From positions 13,128-77,127 of the forward strand of contig JBBQZQ010000009.1 in NCBI GenBank assembly GCA_038207565.1: DNA of 64,000 nucleotides. Direction: 5' to 3'. The translations under genes and the position numbers were made by a program. The notes below the pieces were generated by a model, which worked only from the letters and a program-made list of their open reading frames with translations, was not told the origin of the DNA and did not search any database. Shown one piece after another: positions 20,844-29,810 of the stretch (within the stretch, counting starts at the first letter, position 1; each line of letters begins with the position of its first letter). Source of the stretch: Mycobacteriales bacterium (GTDB lineage: Bacteria > Actinomycetota > Actinomycetes > Mycobacteriales > Jatrophihabitantaceae).

Positions 20844-21856
20844 CCCGTCCCGTTCTCGATCTGCGTGACGAGCCCCTTCGTGTCGTCGAAGAACTCGGTG
20901 TTGACCTTGTCCCAACCGCCCAGTTTGTCGATCGTGTAGAGCTTCGTCACGGTCGGGAACGGGTTCGCGCTGTCGTTGGCGCCCGTGACGGTTCCCGGAC
21001 TGACACTGGAGTCGACGGGGCGGAATCCCTTGCTGGCGAAGATCTTCTGGCCGTCCGCACTCTCGGCGAAGCTCAGGAAGTCCTTCGCCGCCGAGGACGC
21101 CTTCTTCGTGACCGCACCCGGGTTCTGGATGAGGATGGATTCGTCCGGGATGATGTAGTCGATCTTCGCGCCCTTGGCACGCGCGGTGATCGCCTCGTTC
21201 TCGTAGGAGATCAGTACGTCGCCGGTCCCCTTGAGGAACGTCGTGGTCGCGTCTGAGCCGCTCGCCGGCTTGCTGGCCACGTGTTGAAAGAACTTCGTGA
21301 GATACGCCTTGGCGTCCGCGGCGGAGCCGCCGTCGGCGAGGATATGCGAGTAGGCGGCGAGAATGTTCCACTTCGCCGAACCGGACGAGGCCGGGTCCGG
21401 GGTCACGATCTTGACGTCGGAGGAGACCAGATCGTCCCATCCGGTGATGTGCTTCGGATTGCCCTTACGCACTGCGATGACGACCACCGAGGACGACACG
21501 ATGCCCTTGGTTTTCCCCGCGCTCCAGCCCGAGTCGATGAACTGCGGCACCAGCTTGGCCATGTCCGGCTCGAGCGACAGCCCGACGTAGTCGGCCTTCT
21601 GGCCTGCGGCCACCGCCTTGCTCTGGGTGCCGCTGGGGCCGTAGGACTGCGAGAAGGTGACGCCTTTGCCGGCCGAGGTCTTCTCGAATGCGCTCTCGAG
21701 CGCGTCGTAAGCGGGCTTCGGCACCGAGAAGGCGACGATCGCCACACTCTTGCCGCTGCCGCCGCTGCTGGATGAGCAAGCGCTCAACCCCACGGCGGCG
21801 GCGAGGGCCGCGGTCGTTACGGCCGCTGCGCGGCGACGACGGGACATGTTGCTCAT
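20840..21856 (-). CDS. Sulfate-binding lipoprotein (Sbp/CysP/SubI family)
   Basis: Signal plus lipobox AAAVGLSACSS. The mature part resembles sulfate-binding proteins (SYGPSGTQSKAV..., SGSAKWNILAAY). Start ATG 21856 with AAGGAG upstream; ATG 21847 is an alternative. Confidence 0.8.
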   Translation of the reverse strand: MSNMSRRRRAAAVTTAALAAAVGLSACSSSSGGSGKSVAIVAFSVPKPAYDALESAFEKTSAGKGVTFSQSYGPSGTQSKAVAAGQKADYVGLSLEPDMAKLVPQFIDSGWSAGKTKGIVSSSVVVIAVRKGNPKHITGWDDLVSSDVKIVTPDPASSGSAKWNILAAYSHILADGGSAADAKAYLTKFFQHVASKPASGSDATTTFLKGTGDVLISYENEAITARAKGAKIDYIIPDESILIQNPGAVTKKASSAAKDFLSFAESADGQKIFASKGFRPVDSSVSPGTVTGANDSANPFPTVTKLYTIDKLGGWDKVNTEFFDDTKGLVTQIENGTG

Positions 21857-21879
21857 CGGCGATGATCTCCTTGGGTGGT

Positions 21880-21960
21880 GGCAACGCAATAAAGTCGATT
21901 ACTCCGATAGAGATTACTGGACCACGCGGACATACAGAGAATTAGTCCGGGATTTTGCGC
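21880..21960 (-). promoter_or_regulatory. AT-rich promoter/operator region of the sulfate-transport operon
   Basis: This is the least GC-rich stretch I noticed. The direct repeat GATTACT occurs at 21897-21903 and 21912-21918 (period 15), and the inverted repeat GGAC-N13-GTCC lies at 21928-21948. Confidence 0.4.
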
Positions 21961-22019
21961 GTGTCGAGGCTCTCACGCCGCATTGCCCGGTGGCTGTAAC
22001 GTGCACGAACCCAGCCAAA

Positions 22020-23231
22020 TCAGGGACGCGCGGGTGCTCTCAATTCGGTCGCCGGCATGAGAGTTTCCTGAGCTCGGGCCACGAACGGCAGCGGGACGAG
22101 CGCCACCAGCGCGCTGACCACGAACGCCGGGCCGTATCCGTGCGCGTCGGCGATCGCCCCTGCAACCACCGGCCCCAGGACGGCACCCAGGTCCCCGGCC
22201 ATCTGGAACGCCGCGACAACAGTCCCGCCGCGAGCGCCGACGACGTCGCCGAGGACCGCTCCCGGTGCCACCGAGTCGGCCGCGCCGGCGAAGCCCAGCA
22301 GCACCATGGCAGCGATCAGGCCTGCCAGCGTCGGCAGGGAGGGCAGCAGCAGAAAGCCCACCGCGCCCAGGCCTAGACCACCGAAGATGACCGGCCGCCG
22401 GCCACGCGTGTCGGCGAGGCGTCCGAACGGCAGAAGCAGGGCGCCACTGACCAGGCTGACCACGAGGAACGCGGCGTAGACCCACCCGGAACCGAGATGC
22501 AGCCGGTCGGTCACGAACTGCGGCACGATCGAGCTGCGCGAGCCCACGACTGCGAAGTCGCCGGCGAACGACGCCACCAGAGCGGCGATGTAGGCCCGGT
22601 TGCGCAATGCGGTTCGTAACCCCAGTGTCTTGGTGGGCACACTCTGCGGCGCGGCCAGTTCGCTGTGGCGCAGGTTGCCGAGCCCGAGCGCACCGGCCAC
22701 GACCAGCGTTGCCGCGTAAAGGAAGAACGGCAACCGCAACGAGAAGCTGGCCACGGTGCCGACGGCGGGGCCGGCAATCAACCCGATCAGGAACGCACCG
22801 GCCCACACGCCCTGTGCCCTGCCCCGCTGGTGGCTCGGCGTCACGCGGATCAACAGGCTGGCGGCGGACACACTGAACATGATCGAGCCGACGCCGCCCG
22901 CCCCGCGCAGGACCAGCAACTGCCAGTAGGCCTGCGCGAATCCCGACAGGGCGCTGGACACCGCGACGACGCCGATGCCGGTTGCGAGCACGACCCGCTC
23001 TCCGGCGGCGTTGACCAGGCGGCCCACAAAGGGCGCGGTGAGCAGGCGCATCAGCGCGAACGCGCTGATCACTGCGCCGGCCGCCGTCCGCGAGACGCCG
23101 AACTGGCGGGCGAACAACGGGATCGCCGGTGCCACCAGCCCGAAGCCGAGCGCCACCATGAAAGCGACGCCGACGAGGGAACGCACCTCCGAGGGCAGGT
23201 CGCGGAACCCGCGCAGTCCCACCGACACCAT
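22020..23231 (-). CDS. MFS transporter
   Basis: About 12 TM segments and an MFS loop motif (GRLADTRGRRPV). Start placed at ATG 23231 (MVSVGLRGF...). The track ORF extends to 23513 across the divergent ArsR gene. Confidence 0.8.
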   Translation of the reverse strand: MVSVGLRGFRDLPSEVRSLVGVAFMVALGFGLVAPAIPLFARQFGVSRTAAGAVISAFALMRLLTAPFVGRLVNAAGERVVLATGIGVVAVSSALSGFAQAYWQLLVLRGAGGVGSIMFSVSAASLLIRVTPSHQRGRAQGVWAGAFLIGLIAGPAVGTVASFSLRLPFFLYAATLVVAGALGLGNLRHSELAAPQSVPTKTLGLRTALRNRAYIAALVASFAGDFAVVGSRSSIVPQFVTDRLHLGSGWVYAAFLVVSLVSGALLLPFGRLADTRGRRPVIFGGLGLGAVGFLLLPSLPTLAGLIAAMVLLGFAGAADSVAPGAVLGDVVGARGGTVVAAFQMAGDLGAVLGPVVAGAIADAHGYGPAFVVSALVALVPLPFVARAQETLMPATELRAPARP

Positions 23232-23247
23232 CAGCCCATCTTGACAT

Positions 23248-23263
23248 GTGACCTTTTGGTCAC
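23248..23263. promoter_or_regulatory. Perfect palindrome GTGACC-TTTT-GGTCAC between the divergent MFS and ArsR genes (candidate ArsR operator within a promoter)
   Basis: TTGACA at 23241-23246 is followed by the 16-bp palindrome and then a TAACGT-like -10 element at about 23265-23270, just upstream of the ArsR start. Confidence 0.5.
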
Positions 23264-23276
23264 CTAACGTCGGTTG

Positions 23277-23594
23277 ATGAACGACGACCGGGTGTTCAGG
23301 GCGCTCGCCGACCCCACCCGTCGCCACCTGCTGGACGTGCTCCTCGAGCGGGACGGCCGCACGCTCGGTGAGCTCGAGCGGGAAGCAGAGATGACCCGCT
23401 TCGGCGTGATGAAGCATCTCACCGTGCTCGAGCACGCCGGGCTCGTCGCCACTCGCAGGCAGGGACGGGAGAAGTTCCACTACCTCGACCCGGGGCCGAT
23501 CCGCGTCGTCCACGGCCGCTGGATCGACAAGTACACCAAGCGCGACGTCGCTGCGCTCACCGACCTCGACTGCGCACTGGAGCCGGACGAATGA
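23277..23594 (+). CDS. ArsR/SmtB-family HTH transcriptional regulator
   Basis: RVFRALADPTRRHLLDVLLERDGRTLGELEREAEMTRFGVMKHLTVLEHAGLV is a canonical ArsR wHTH. Confidence 0.85.
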   Translation: MNDDRVFRALADPTRRHLLDVLLERDGRTLGELEREAEMTRFGVMKHLTVLEHAGLVATRRQGREKFHYLDPGPIRVVHGRWIDKYTKRDVAALTDLDCALEPDE

Positions 23595-23695
23595 CGACGG
23601 CGCAGATCATCCTCGAGTCCGACCCGCGGCGATCAACTACCGCGAGCATTCTTGGTGACATGCTGACAGGTAGTTGACCTAGCCCCGGACAGCGT

Positions 23696-23728
23696 CGAGG
23701 GCGGGACACGCGCTGTGTCCCGCCCTCG
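23696..23728 (-). terminator. pnp terminator hairpin (14-bp perfect stem, 5-nt loop)
   Basis: CGAGGGCGGGACAC-gcgct-GTGTCCCGCCCTCG lies 27 nt downstream of the pnp stop. There is no U tract, as is common in high-GC actinobacteria. Confidence 0.65.
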
Positions 23729-23754
23729 GCGCGCCGTGCCGGTGGATCGCGTGT

Positions 23755-25992
23755 TCAGGCCTCGGCCGGAACCTCCGCCTTGGGGGTCGCGGCCTCGTCC
23801 TCGACCAGCACCAGGCTGATCTTGCCGCGCTGGTCGATGTCGGCGATCTCGACCTGGATCTTGTCGCCGACGTTCACCACGTCCTCGACCTTGCCGATGC
23901 GCTTGCCGCGCCCCAGCTTGCTGATATGCACCAGGCCGTCCTTGCCGGGCAGCAGCGAGACGAACGCGCCGAACGCAGCCGTCTTGACGACTGTGCCGAG
24001 GAAGCGCTCACCCACCTTGGGCATCTGCGGGTTGGCGATCGCGTTGATCTGGTCGACCGCGGCCTGCGCGGACAGCCCGTCAGAGGCGCCGACGTAGATC
24101 GTGCCGTCGTCCTCGATCGTGATCTGCGCGCCGGTCTCGTCCTGAATCGAGTTGATCATCGCGCCCTTGGGGCCGATGACCGCACCGATCTTGTCGACCG
24201 GAATCTTCACGACCGTCACGCGCGGGGCATACGGACTCATCTCGTCGGGACCGTCGATGGCCTCGGCCATGACGTCCAGAATGTGCAGGCGCGCGTCGCG
24301 GGCCTGCTTGAGCGCCGCAGCGAGCACCTCCGACGGGATGCCGTCGAGCTTGGTGTCGAGCTGCAACGCAGTGACGAACTCCTTGGTGCCGGCGACCTTG
24401 AAATCCATGTCGCCGAACGCGTCCTCGGCTCCGAGGATGTCAGTCAGCGCGACGTACTCGGTCTCACCCGTTTCCGCCACCGTGTCCGATATCAGGCCCA
24501 TCGCGATGCCGGCCACCGGCGCCTTCAGCGGCACGCCGGCGTTCAGCAGGGCCAGCGTCGAGGCGCAGACCGATCCCATCGAGGTCGAGCCGTTGGAGCC
24601 CAGCGCCTCGGACACCTGCCGGATCGCGTACGGGAACTCCTTGCGATCGGGCAGCACCGGAAGCAGCGCCCGCTCGGCCAGCGCACCGTGGCCGATCTCG
24701 CGGCGCTTGGGCGAACCCACGCGGCCGGTCTCACCCGTCGAGTACGGCGGGAAGTTGTAGTTGTGCATGTAGCGCTTGGTGCGGTTCGGGCTGAGCGTGT
24801 CCAGCTTTTGCTCCAGGCCCAGCATGTTGAGCGTGGTGACGCCCAGGATCTGCGTCTCGCCGCGCTGGAAGAGCGCCGAGCCGTGCACCCGCGGGATGAC
24901 CTCGACCTCGGCCGAGAGGGTGCGGATGTCGGCCAGACCGCGGCCGTCGATGCGGACCTTGTCGCGCAGGATGCGCTGGCGTACCAACTTCTTGGTGAGC
25001 GACCGGTAGGCCGGGCTGATCTCGTTCTCGCGGCCGCTGAATTCCGGCGCCTGGGATAGCTTCGCCTTGACCTGGTCCTTGAGGCGGTCGAGCTCGTCCT
25101 CGCGCTCCTGCTTGTCGGCGATGGTCAGCGCCCGAGCCAGCGGCTCGGACACCTCGTCGCCGACGGCGGCCAGCACGTCGTCCTGGTAGTCGAGGAACAC
25201 CGGGAACTCGGCAGTCGGTTTGGCCGCGGACTTGGCGAGGTCGGCCTGCGCGCGGCACAGCTCGGCAATGAACGGCTTCGCAGCCTCGAGACCCTCGGCG
25301 ACGATCTCCTCCGTCGGGCGGGTGGCGCCACCGGCGATCAGCTCGATCGTCTGTTCGGTAGCCTCGGCCTCGACCATCATGATCGCGACGTCGCCGCTGG
25401 CGAGCGTGCGGCCGGCCACGACCATGTCGAATGTTGCCCGCCCGAGCTCGGAATGGGTCGGGAAGCCGACCCACTGGCCCTCGATCAGGGCGACGCGCGT
25501 ACCGCCGACCGGGCCGTTGAACGGCAGGCCCGAGATCTGGGTGGACGCGGACGCGGCGTTGATGGCGAGCACGTCGTAGGCGTGCTCGGGGTTCAGCGCC
25601 ATGACCGTGATCACGACCTGGACCTCGTTGCGCAGACCCTTGATGAAGGTCGGACGCAGTGGGCGGTCGATCAGCCGACAGGTCAGGATGGCGTCCTCGC
25701 TGGGACGACCCTCGCGGCGGAAGAACGAGCCGGGGATGCGTCCCGCGGCGTACATGCGCTCCTCGACGTCGACCGTCAACGGGAAGAAGTCGAACCCCTC
25801 ACGCGGCTTCTTGCCGGCCGTGGTGGCCGACAGCAGCATGGTGTCGTCGTCGAGATAGGCGACGACGGAGCCGGCGGCCTGCTTGGCCAGCCGGCCGGTC
25901 TCGAATCGGATGGTGCGGGTGCCGAAGCTGCCGTTGTCGATGACGGCCTCGGTCTCGTAGATGCCGCTCTCGGCATCGGTGGACTGCGTCAA
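23755..25992 (-). CDS. pnp: Polyribonucleotide nucleotidyltransferase (PNPase)
   Basis: Two RNase PH domains, then KH and S1 domains ([33 protein letters not shown]). Start placed at TTG 25992 ([19 protein letters not shown]) with GAGAGGGGA about 7 nt upstream. The track ORF extends to 26160. Confidence 0.93.
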   Translation of the reverse strand: MTQSTDAESGIYETEAVIDNGSFGTRTIRFETGRLAKQAAGSVVAYLDDDTMLLSATTAGKKPREGFDFFPLTVDVEERMYAAGRIPGSFFRREGRPSEDAILTCRLIDRPLRPTFIKGLRNEVQVVITVMALNPEHAYDVLAINAASASTQISGLPFNGPVGGTRVALIEGQWVGFPTHSELGRATFDMVVAGRTLASGDVAIMMVEAEATEQTIELIAGGATRPTEEIVAEGLEAAKPFIAELCRAQADLAKSAAKPTAEFPVFLDYQDDVLAAVGDEVSEPLARALTIADKQEREDELDRLKDQVKAKLSQAPEFSGRENEISPAYRSLTKKLVRQRILRDKVRIDGRGLADIRTLSAEVEVIPRVHGSALFQRGETQILGVTTLNMLGLEQKLDTLSPNRTKRYMHNYNFPPYSTGETGRVGSPKRREIGHGALAERALLPVLPDRKEFPYAIRQVSEALGSNGSTSMGSVCASTLALLNAGVPLKAPVAGIAMGLISDTVAETGETEYVALTDILGAEDAFGDMDFKVAGTKEFVTALQLDTKLDGIPSEVLAAALKQARDARLHILDVMAEAIDGPDEMSPYAPRVTVVKIPVDKIGAVIGPKGAMINSIQDETGAQITIEDDGTIYVGASDGLSAQAAVDQINAIANPQMPKVGERFLGTVVKTAAFGAFVSLLPGKDGLVHISKLGRGKRIGKVEDVVNVGDKIQVEIADIDQRGKISLVLVEDEAATPKAEVPAEA

Positions 25993-26243
25993 CGCAGATC
26001 CCCTCTCGTCGCGCCGGGTGCGCACATGCGACGTACGAGCGGGTACCACCCTCGAAACGGGTGCCGGTCTTCGATCGAAGCGGGCGGAGTTTCCGTCTCC
26101 GGCCGCCACTACCGAGGACCGGCGTCCTCGATAAGTCGCTGTATTGCTGTGACGCCGCAAGTGTGCGTCCGGCAGGTGTTGTGTTGGTGTGGAAATCAGG
26201 AAGGAGGAGAGTCACCTCGCATCCGAGGCGCCCCTCCGGTGAG
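25993..26243 (-). promoter_or_regulatory. Structured rpsO-pnp intergenic leader (probable Actino-pnp-type autoregulatory 5' UTR)
   Basis: The minus strand contains several clean hairpins, for example CGAGGAC-gccg-GTCCTCG, CACCC-gtttcga-GGGTG and the palindrome CTTCGATCGAAG. A conserved PNPase leader motif is described for Actinomycetales (recalled). I did not align it to a model. Confidence 0.4.
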
Positions 26244-26513
26244 CTATCGGCGCAGGCCGAGCCGCTCGATGATGGCGCGGTATCGATTGATGTCGGTCTT
26301 GGCCAGGTAGTTGAGCAGCCGACGGCGTTGGCCGACCAGCAGGAGCAGCCCACGCCTACTGTGGTGGTCGTGCTTGTGCATCTTCAGGTGCTCGGTGAGG
26401 TCGCTGATGCGCCGCGAGAGCATCGCTACCTGAACCTCCGGTGAGCCGGTGTCGCTTTCGACCGAGCCGTATTCGGCGATGATCTGCTTCTTGACGTCGC
26501 TGGCTAGGGGCAC
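26244..26513 (-). CDS. rpsO: 30S ribosomal protein S15
   Basis: 89 aa. [48 protein letters not shown] is canonical S15. Confidence 0.97.
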   Translation of the reverse strand: MPLASDVKKQIIAEYGSVESDTGSPEVQVAMLSRRISDLTEHLKMHKHDHHSRRGLLLLVGQRRRLLNYLAKTDINRYRAIIERLGLRR

Positions 26514-26674
26514 GGACGACTCCTTCGTGACTCGGGTGCAGGCGCGCTCCGCCGGTCTGGGTCACGGTGGAAGTCGAACGCACGCTGCGGCAGATGCCTA
26601 CTGCGTCGGGGCGCACTGGTGCGCTCCTCGTCTCTGAGCCTATCAGCGTGCCGCGCCAGCAGCCCAATCCGGGG

Positions 26675-27271
26675 TCAGCCCAGCGCCGCAGCCTGCGCAG
26701 CAAGGCGCGCGATCGCCTCCGAGTCGCGCGAGTCCACCATATGCTGCGGCGTCAGCCAGGTCCCGCCGACGCACCCGACGTTGGGCAGGGCGAGGAAATC
26801 CAGTGCCGTCGCGACCGAGATGGCGCCGGTGGGGCCAAGAGCGCAACTGCGGAAGCGGGCCGAACATGGCACGAAGCAGGGCAACGCCCCCGACGACCGA
26901 TGCCGGGAAAAGCTTCGCCTCCACCACGCGCCGCTCCAGGAGTCCGCATCATGTCCGACGGGTTGGCCGTACTGGCGAGGAAGGGCAGTTCGTTGGCCTG
27001 CATCGCATCCAGCAGGCGATCGGTGCTGCCCGGGCTGACGAGGAATCGCGATCCCGCGGCGGCGGCCAGCTTGACCTGATCCGCGGTGCAGACGGTGCCC
27101 GCGCCCACCGTCATGTCGCGCACCTCGTCGGCGATTGCGCGGACCGCGTCCGAACGCACGGTCACCTCGACGATGCCCACCCCGCCGCGTAGCAGGGCGT
27201 GGGCGAGCGGAACGGCCAGCGCGCGTCCTCGACGACGACCGCGACGACGGGCGATCGGGCAATGAGGTCAT
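26675..27271 (-). pseudogene. eda: Decayed KDPG / 4-hydroxy-2-oxoglutarate aldolase gene (eda), with multiple frameshifts
   Basis: Eda-like segments are spread over all three minus-strand frames: ARSPVVAVVVEDAR / ALAVPLAHALLRGGVGIVEVTVRSDAVRAIADEVRDMTVGAGTVCTADQVKLAAAAGSRFLVSPGSTDRLLDAMQANELPFL / VVEAKLFPASVVGGVALLRAMFGPLPQL / PTGAISVATALDFLALPNVGCVGGTWLTPQ. At least three or four frame changes are needed to join them. Confidence 0.7.
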
Positions 27272-27415
27272 GGCGTCAGCTCCAGGTAGTCGGCGGTTCG
27301 GCGCCGGTGTTGCCGTTGGCCTAGCCGTTACCAGCTGGTAGTTGTAACCACTTCCGGTCCGTGTCTCAGAATCGGAGCGCAGTGCCCGGGTGGGCGCACG
27401 ACCTAGACTCCGGTA

Positions 27416-27862
27416 GTGGCCCTCTTCGTCGTTACGCGCTCGACCGCGCTGCCCACCGGCGAGGCCTGGCGCAGATTGACCGACTGGCCCCGGCACGCCC
27501 GCTACGTGCCGCTCACGACGATCACGGTGCCCACCGAGGGACCGAACGGCCTTGGCACGGTCTTCCTCGCCCGCACGGGCGGTCGCCGGTTCGGCTTCGA
27601 CGACCCCATGGAAGTCACAGCCTGGGAGCCGCCCACCGACGGCGGTCCGGGACGGTGCCGGCTGGACAAGCGCGGTCGGGTGGTGACCGGGTGGGCGGAA
27701 CTGTCGGTCGAGCCCGTCTCGGTGGGTTCCGAGGTGGGTTCGCGAGCGACCTGGCGCGAGGATGTCGGGGTCGCCCGGCTGCCGCGCCTGGCCGACCGCT
27801 CGACCGCGCTGTCGTCCCGGTTGCTGTTCGGGCGGGTGCTGCGCCGACTGCTCGAGGGCTGA
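27416..27862 (+). CDS. SRPBCC-superfamily (polyketide cyclase/dehydrase-like) protein
   Basis: 148 aa. VVTRSTALPTGEAWRRLTDWPRHARYVP and WREDV... are typical of SRPBCC/START-like small proteins. GTG start. Confidence 0.55.
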   Translation: MALFVVTRSTALPTGEAWRRLTDWPRHARYVPLTTITVPTEGPNGLGTVFLARTGGRRFGFDDPMEVTAWEPPTDGGPGRCRLDKRGRVVTGWAELSVEPVSVGSEVGSRATWREDVGVARLPRLADRSTALSSRLLFGRVLRRLLEG

Positions 27863-27888
27863 GTCCCACTCCGGTCACGGCGGTGCGG

Positions 27889-28701
27889 TCATCCCTCGGG
27901 CGGCAGCAGAATAGCCGCGACACGCGTGGCGACACCCAGCTTGGCCAACATGTTGGCGACATGTTTCTCGGCAGTTCGTTCGCTGACGAACAGGGTGCGG
28001 GCGATGACGCGGTTGCTCGCGCCCTGCCGCACCAGGACGAGGACCTCATGCTCGCGGGTCGTCAGCTTCGATGCCCCCGAGGGCAGAGCGACGTGCGGAC
28101 GCGCCACTGCGCCGGCTCGCAGCTGGGCGTGGTCGAAAGCGAGGCTGATGTGCGGCTGCAGCGCAGAGATCACGGCGAGGTCGTGCTCGTCGAAGTCGCG
28201 CCGCCACCTGTTCAGTCCGATTCCCACGACGCCATTGGGTGCAGTACTGACGGAGAATGCGAGCTGATGGTTCGTCTCCAGCGGCCGGAACACCTCGTGA
28301 TACAGATCGAGCGACTGCAGCGCGCGCAGCGAGATGAAATCCGACATGCGCCGCGGTGCGGGGTCCTCCGTCGCGATGAAGTCAGCGACCAGCGGGTGCT
28401 GGTGGAGCAGCCGCGCGAATGCCTCCTCCACCTCCGCACGGGGCACCAACTCCGGCTCGAAAAGGGTCCGGGTCGCCCCGCCCGTGAAGTCGATCTCGTT
28501 GTAGCTGATCAGATCGCAGGGCACCAGCGTGTTCAGGCTGCGTAAGAGCATCGCCGTCATCTGTGCCACGTCAGCGCAGCGATGCAACTCCGCGACCACC
28601 TCCAGCATGGTCCGCAGCTCACCTGCGCTCAGCTCGTCCACAGCGCGTCCTGGGCGCATATCAGCCCGTACCACCGCGACACAGACACAATTGCCCTCCA
28701 T
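27889..28701 (-). CDS. LuxR-family transcriptional regulator (N-terminal GAF-like sensor, C-terminal HTH)
   Basis: C-terminal LTTREHEVLVLVRQGASNRVIARTLFVSERTAEKHVANMLAKLGV is the LuxR/GerE HTH. The start may be ATG 28659. Confidence 0.8.
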   Translation of the reverse strand: MEGNCVCVAVVRADMRPGRAVDELSAGELRTMLEVVAELHRCADVAQMTAMLLRSLNTLVPCDLISYNEIDFTGGATRTLFEPELVPRAEVEEAFARLLHQHPLVADFIATEDPAPRRMSDFISLRALQSLDLYHEVFRPLETNHQLAFSVSTAPNGVVGIGLNRWRRDFDEHDLAVISALQPHISLAFDHAQLRAGAVARPHVALPSGASKLTTREHEVLVLVRQGASNRVIARTLFVSERTAEKHVANMLAKLGVATRVAAILLPPEG

Positions 28702-28922
28702 CCCCCGGGCGTAGATCGACTTTACGTAGTTCTGCGTATAGCGCGTCTGAGGTGGCCGAAATCACTATTGACCGCATCGGACGGGGAGGGGCCGGTGCGA
28801 TCAGTCGTGGTGCGGAGTCGCGTCGCGACCGCACCGGGTCCGACGCCGCAGGCGGCCCGCGCTGCGGGCCCCTCCTCCACCACAGGTAAGCCGACCTGAG
28901 CGGACGTCGAAGGGACCAAGTC

Positions 28923-29777
28923 ATGAAATCAGCTCCCACCACCCGTACCCGATTCAAGGCCGCGGCAGTGGGCGCCGGCCTTGCCGGCGCGATGCTCGTG
29001 CCCGCCGCGGCGTCCGCGCAACCTCAACCGCTGTATCCGAACCAGGCGCACCTCACCTTCACGGTGGTCATCGCCCAGAACGGTGTCATTCAGGCGCGAA
29101 GCACGCTGCAGCCCGGATTCCTCCGCTTCTTCGTCAAGGGTCACGGCCACCTGCAGATCGCGCAGTCGCGCAACGGTCTCGGCAAGTTCACGCTGGTCAA
29201 GGACATCGCGACGCTGAACAGGACCGGGAAGCCCGGTGACCTCCAGCGTGACTTCAAGGTCTTCGGTGGCGTCGGGCACGGTCACTTCCTGGTCAAGCGC
29301 TTCACGCCCGGCACGTACTACCTTGTTGATTCCGACATCCAGCACCTGACGAAGTCCCTGATCCACAAGTTGACGATCACCGGCGCGAACGACGGGTCGT
29401 CCGAGCCGCAGGCCGCACAGACGATCACCGCCTTCGGCGACATGAAGTGGGTCGGAGCCCCCCTGCACATCAATGCGAGCGGCACCCTGCACTTCCGCAA
29501 CAACGCCAGCGGGCCACACTTCATCGACCTGATGCAGATGCAGCCGGGCAAGGATCGCTCCGACATCACCAAAGCGCTCAACGGCACGGAGAACTTCGGC
29601 GAGGTCTTCACTGGCGTCTCCTACGCGACGGGTGCCCTCGCCGGCGGCGGCCAGCAACAGTGGAGTACCTACACACTGCCCAGGGGCCGCTACGGGCTGC
29701 TGTGCTTCTGGCCGGATGAGGAAACCGGAATTCCGCACGCGTTCCTCGGCATGTACCGCACGATCCAGGTGGGCTGA
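28923..29777 (+). CDS. Secreted two-domain protein with a cupredoxin-like C-terminal motif
   Basis: Signal peptide MKSAPTTRTRFKAAAVGAGLAGAMLVPAAASA. The C-terminus GRYGLLCFWPDEETGIPHAFLGMYRTIQVG has Cys-x10-His-x4-Met spacing reminiscent of type-1 copper sites, plus an upstream GPHF His. This is a motif-level inference only. Confidence 0.6.
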   Translation: MKSAPTTRTRFKAAAVGAGLAGAMLVPAAASAQPQPLYPNQAHLTFTVVIAQNGVIQARSTLQPGFLRFFVKGHGHLQIAQSRNGLGKFTLVKDIATLNRTGKPGDLQRDFKVFGGVGHGHFLVKRFTPGTYYLVDSDIQHLTKSLIHKLTITGANDGSSEPQAAQTITAFGDMKWVGAPLHINASGTLHFRNNASGPHFIDLMQMQPGKDRSDITKALNGTENFGEVFTGVSYATGALAGGGQQQWSTYTLPRGRYGLLCFWPDEETGIPHAFLGMYRTIQVG

Positions 29778-29810
29778 CCAGCCACGATGGGCGCGGCGGC
29801 GCCACGGCGC

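Noticed and set aside
22020-23513. 497-aa version of the MFS gene
   Set aside because: The first 94 codons overlap the divergent ArsR gene and its promoter and are not hydrophobic. The start was moved to ATG 23231.
26567-27496. Long ORFs 26675..27496 (minus) and 26567..27079 (plus) as intact genes
   Set aside because: The translations are Arg-rich nonsense except for short stretches that match Eda in shifting frames. They are explained by the eda pseudogene model.
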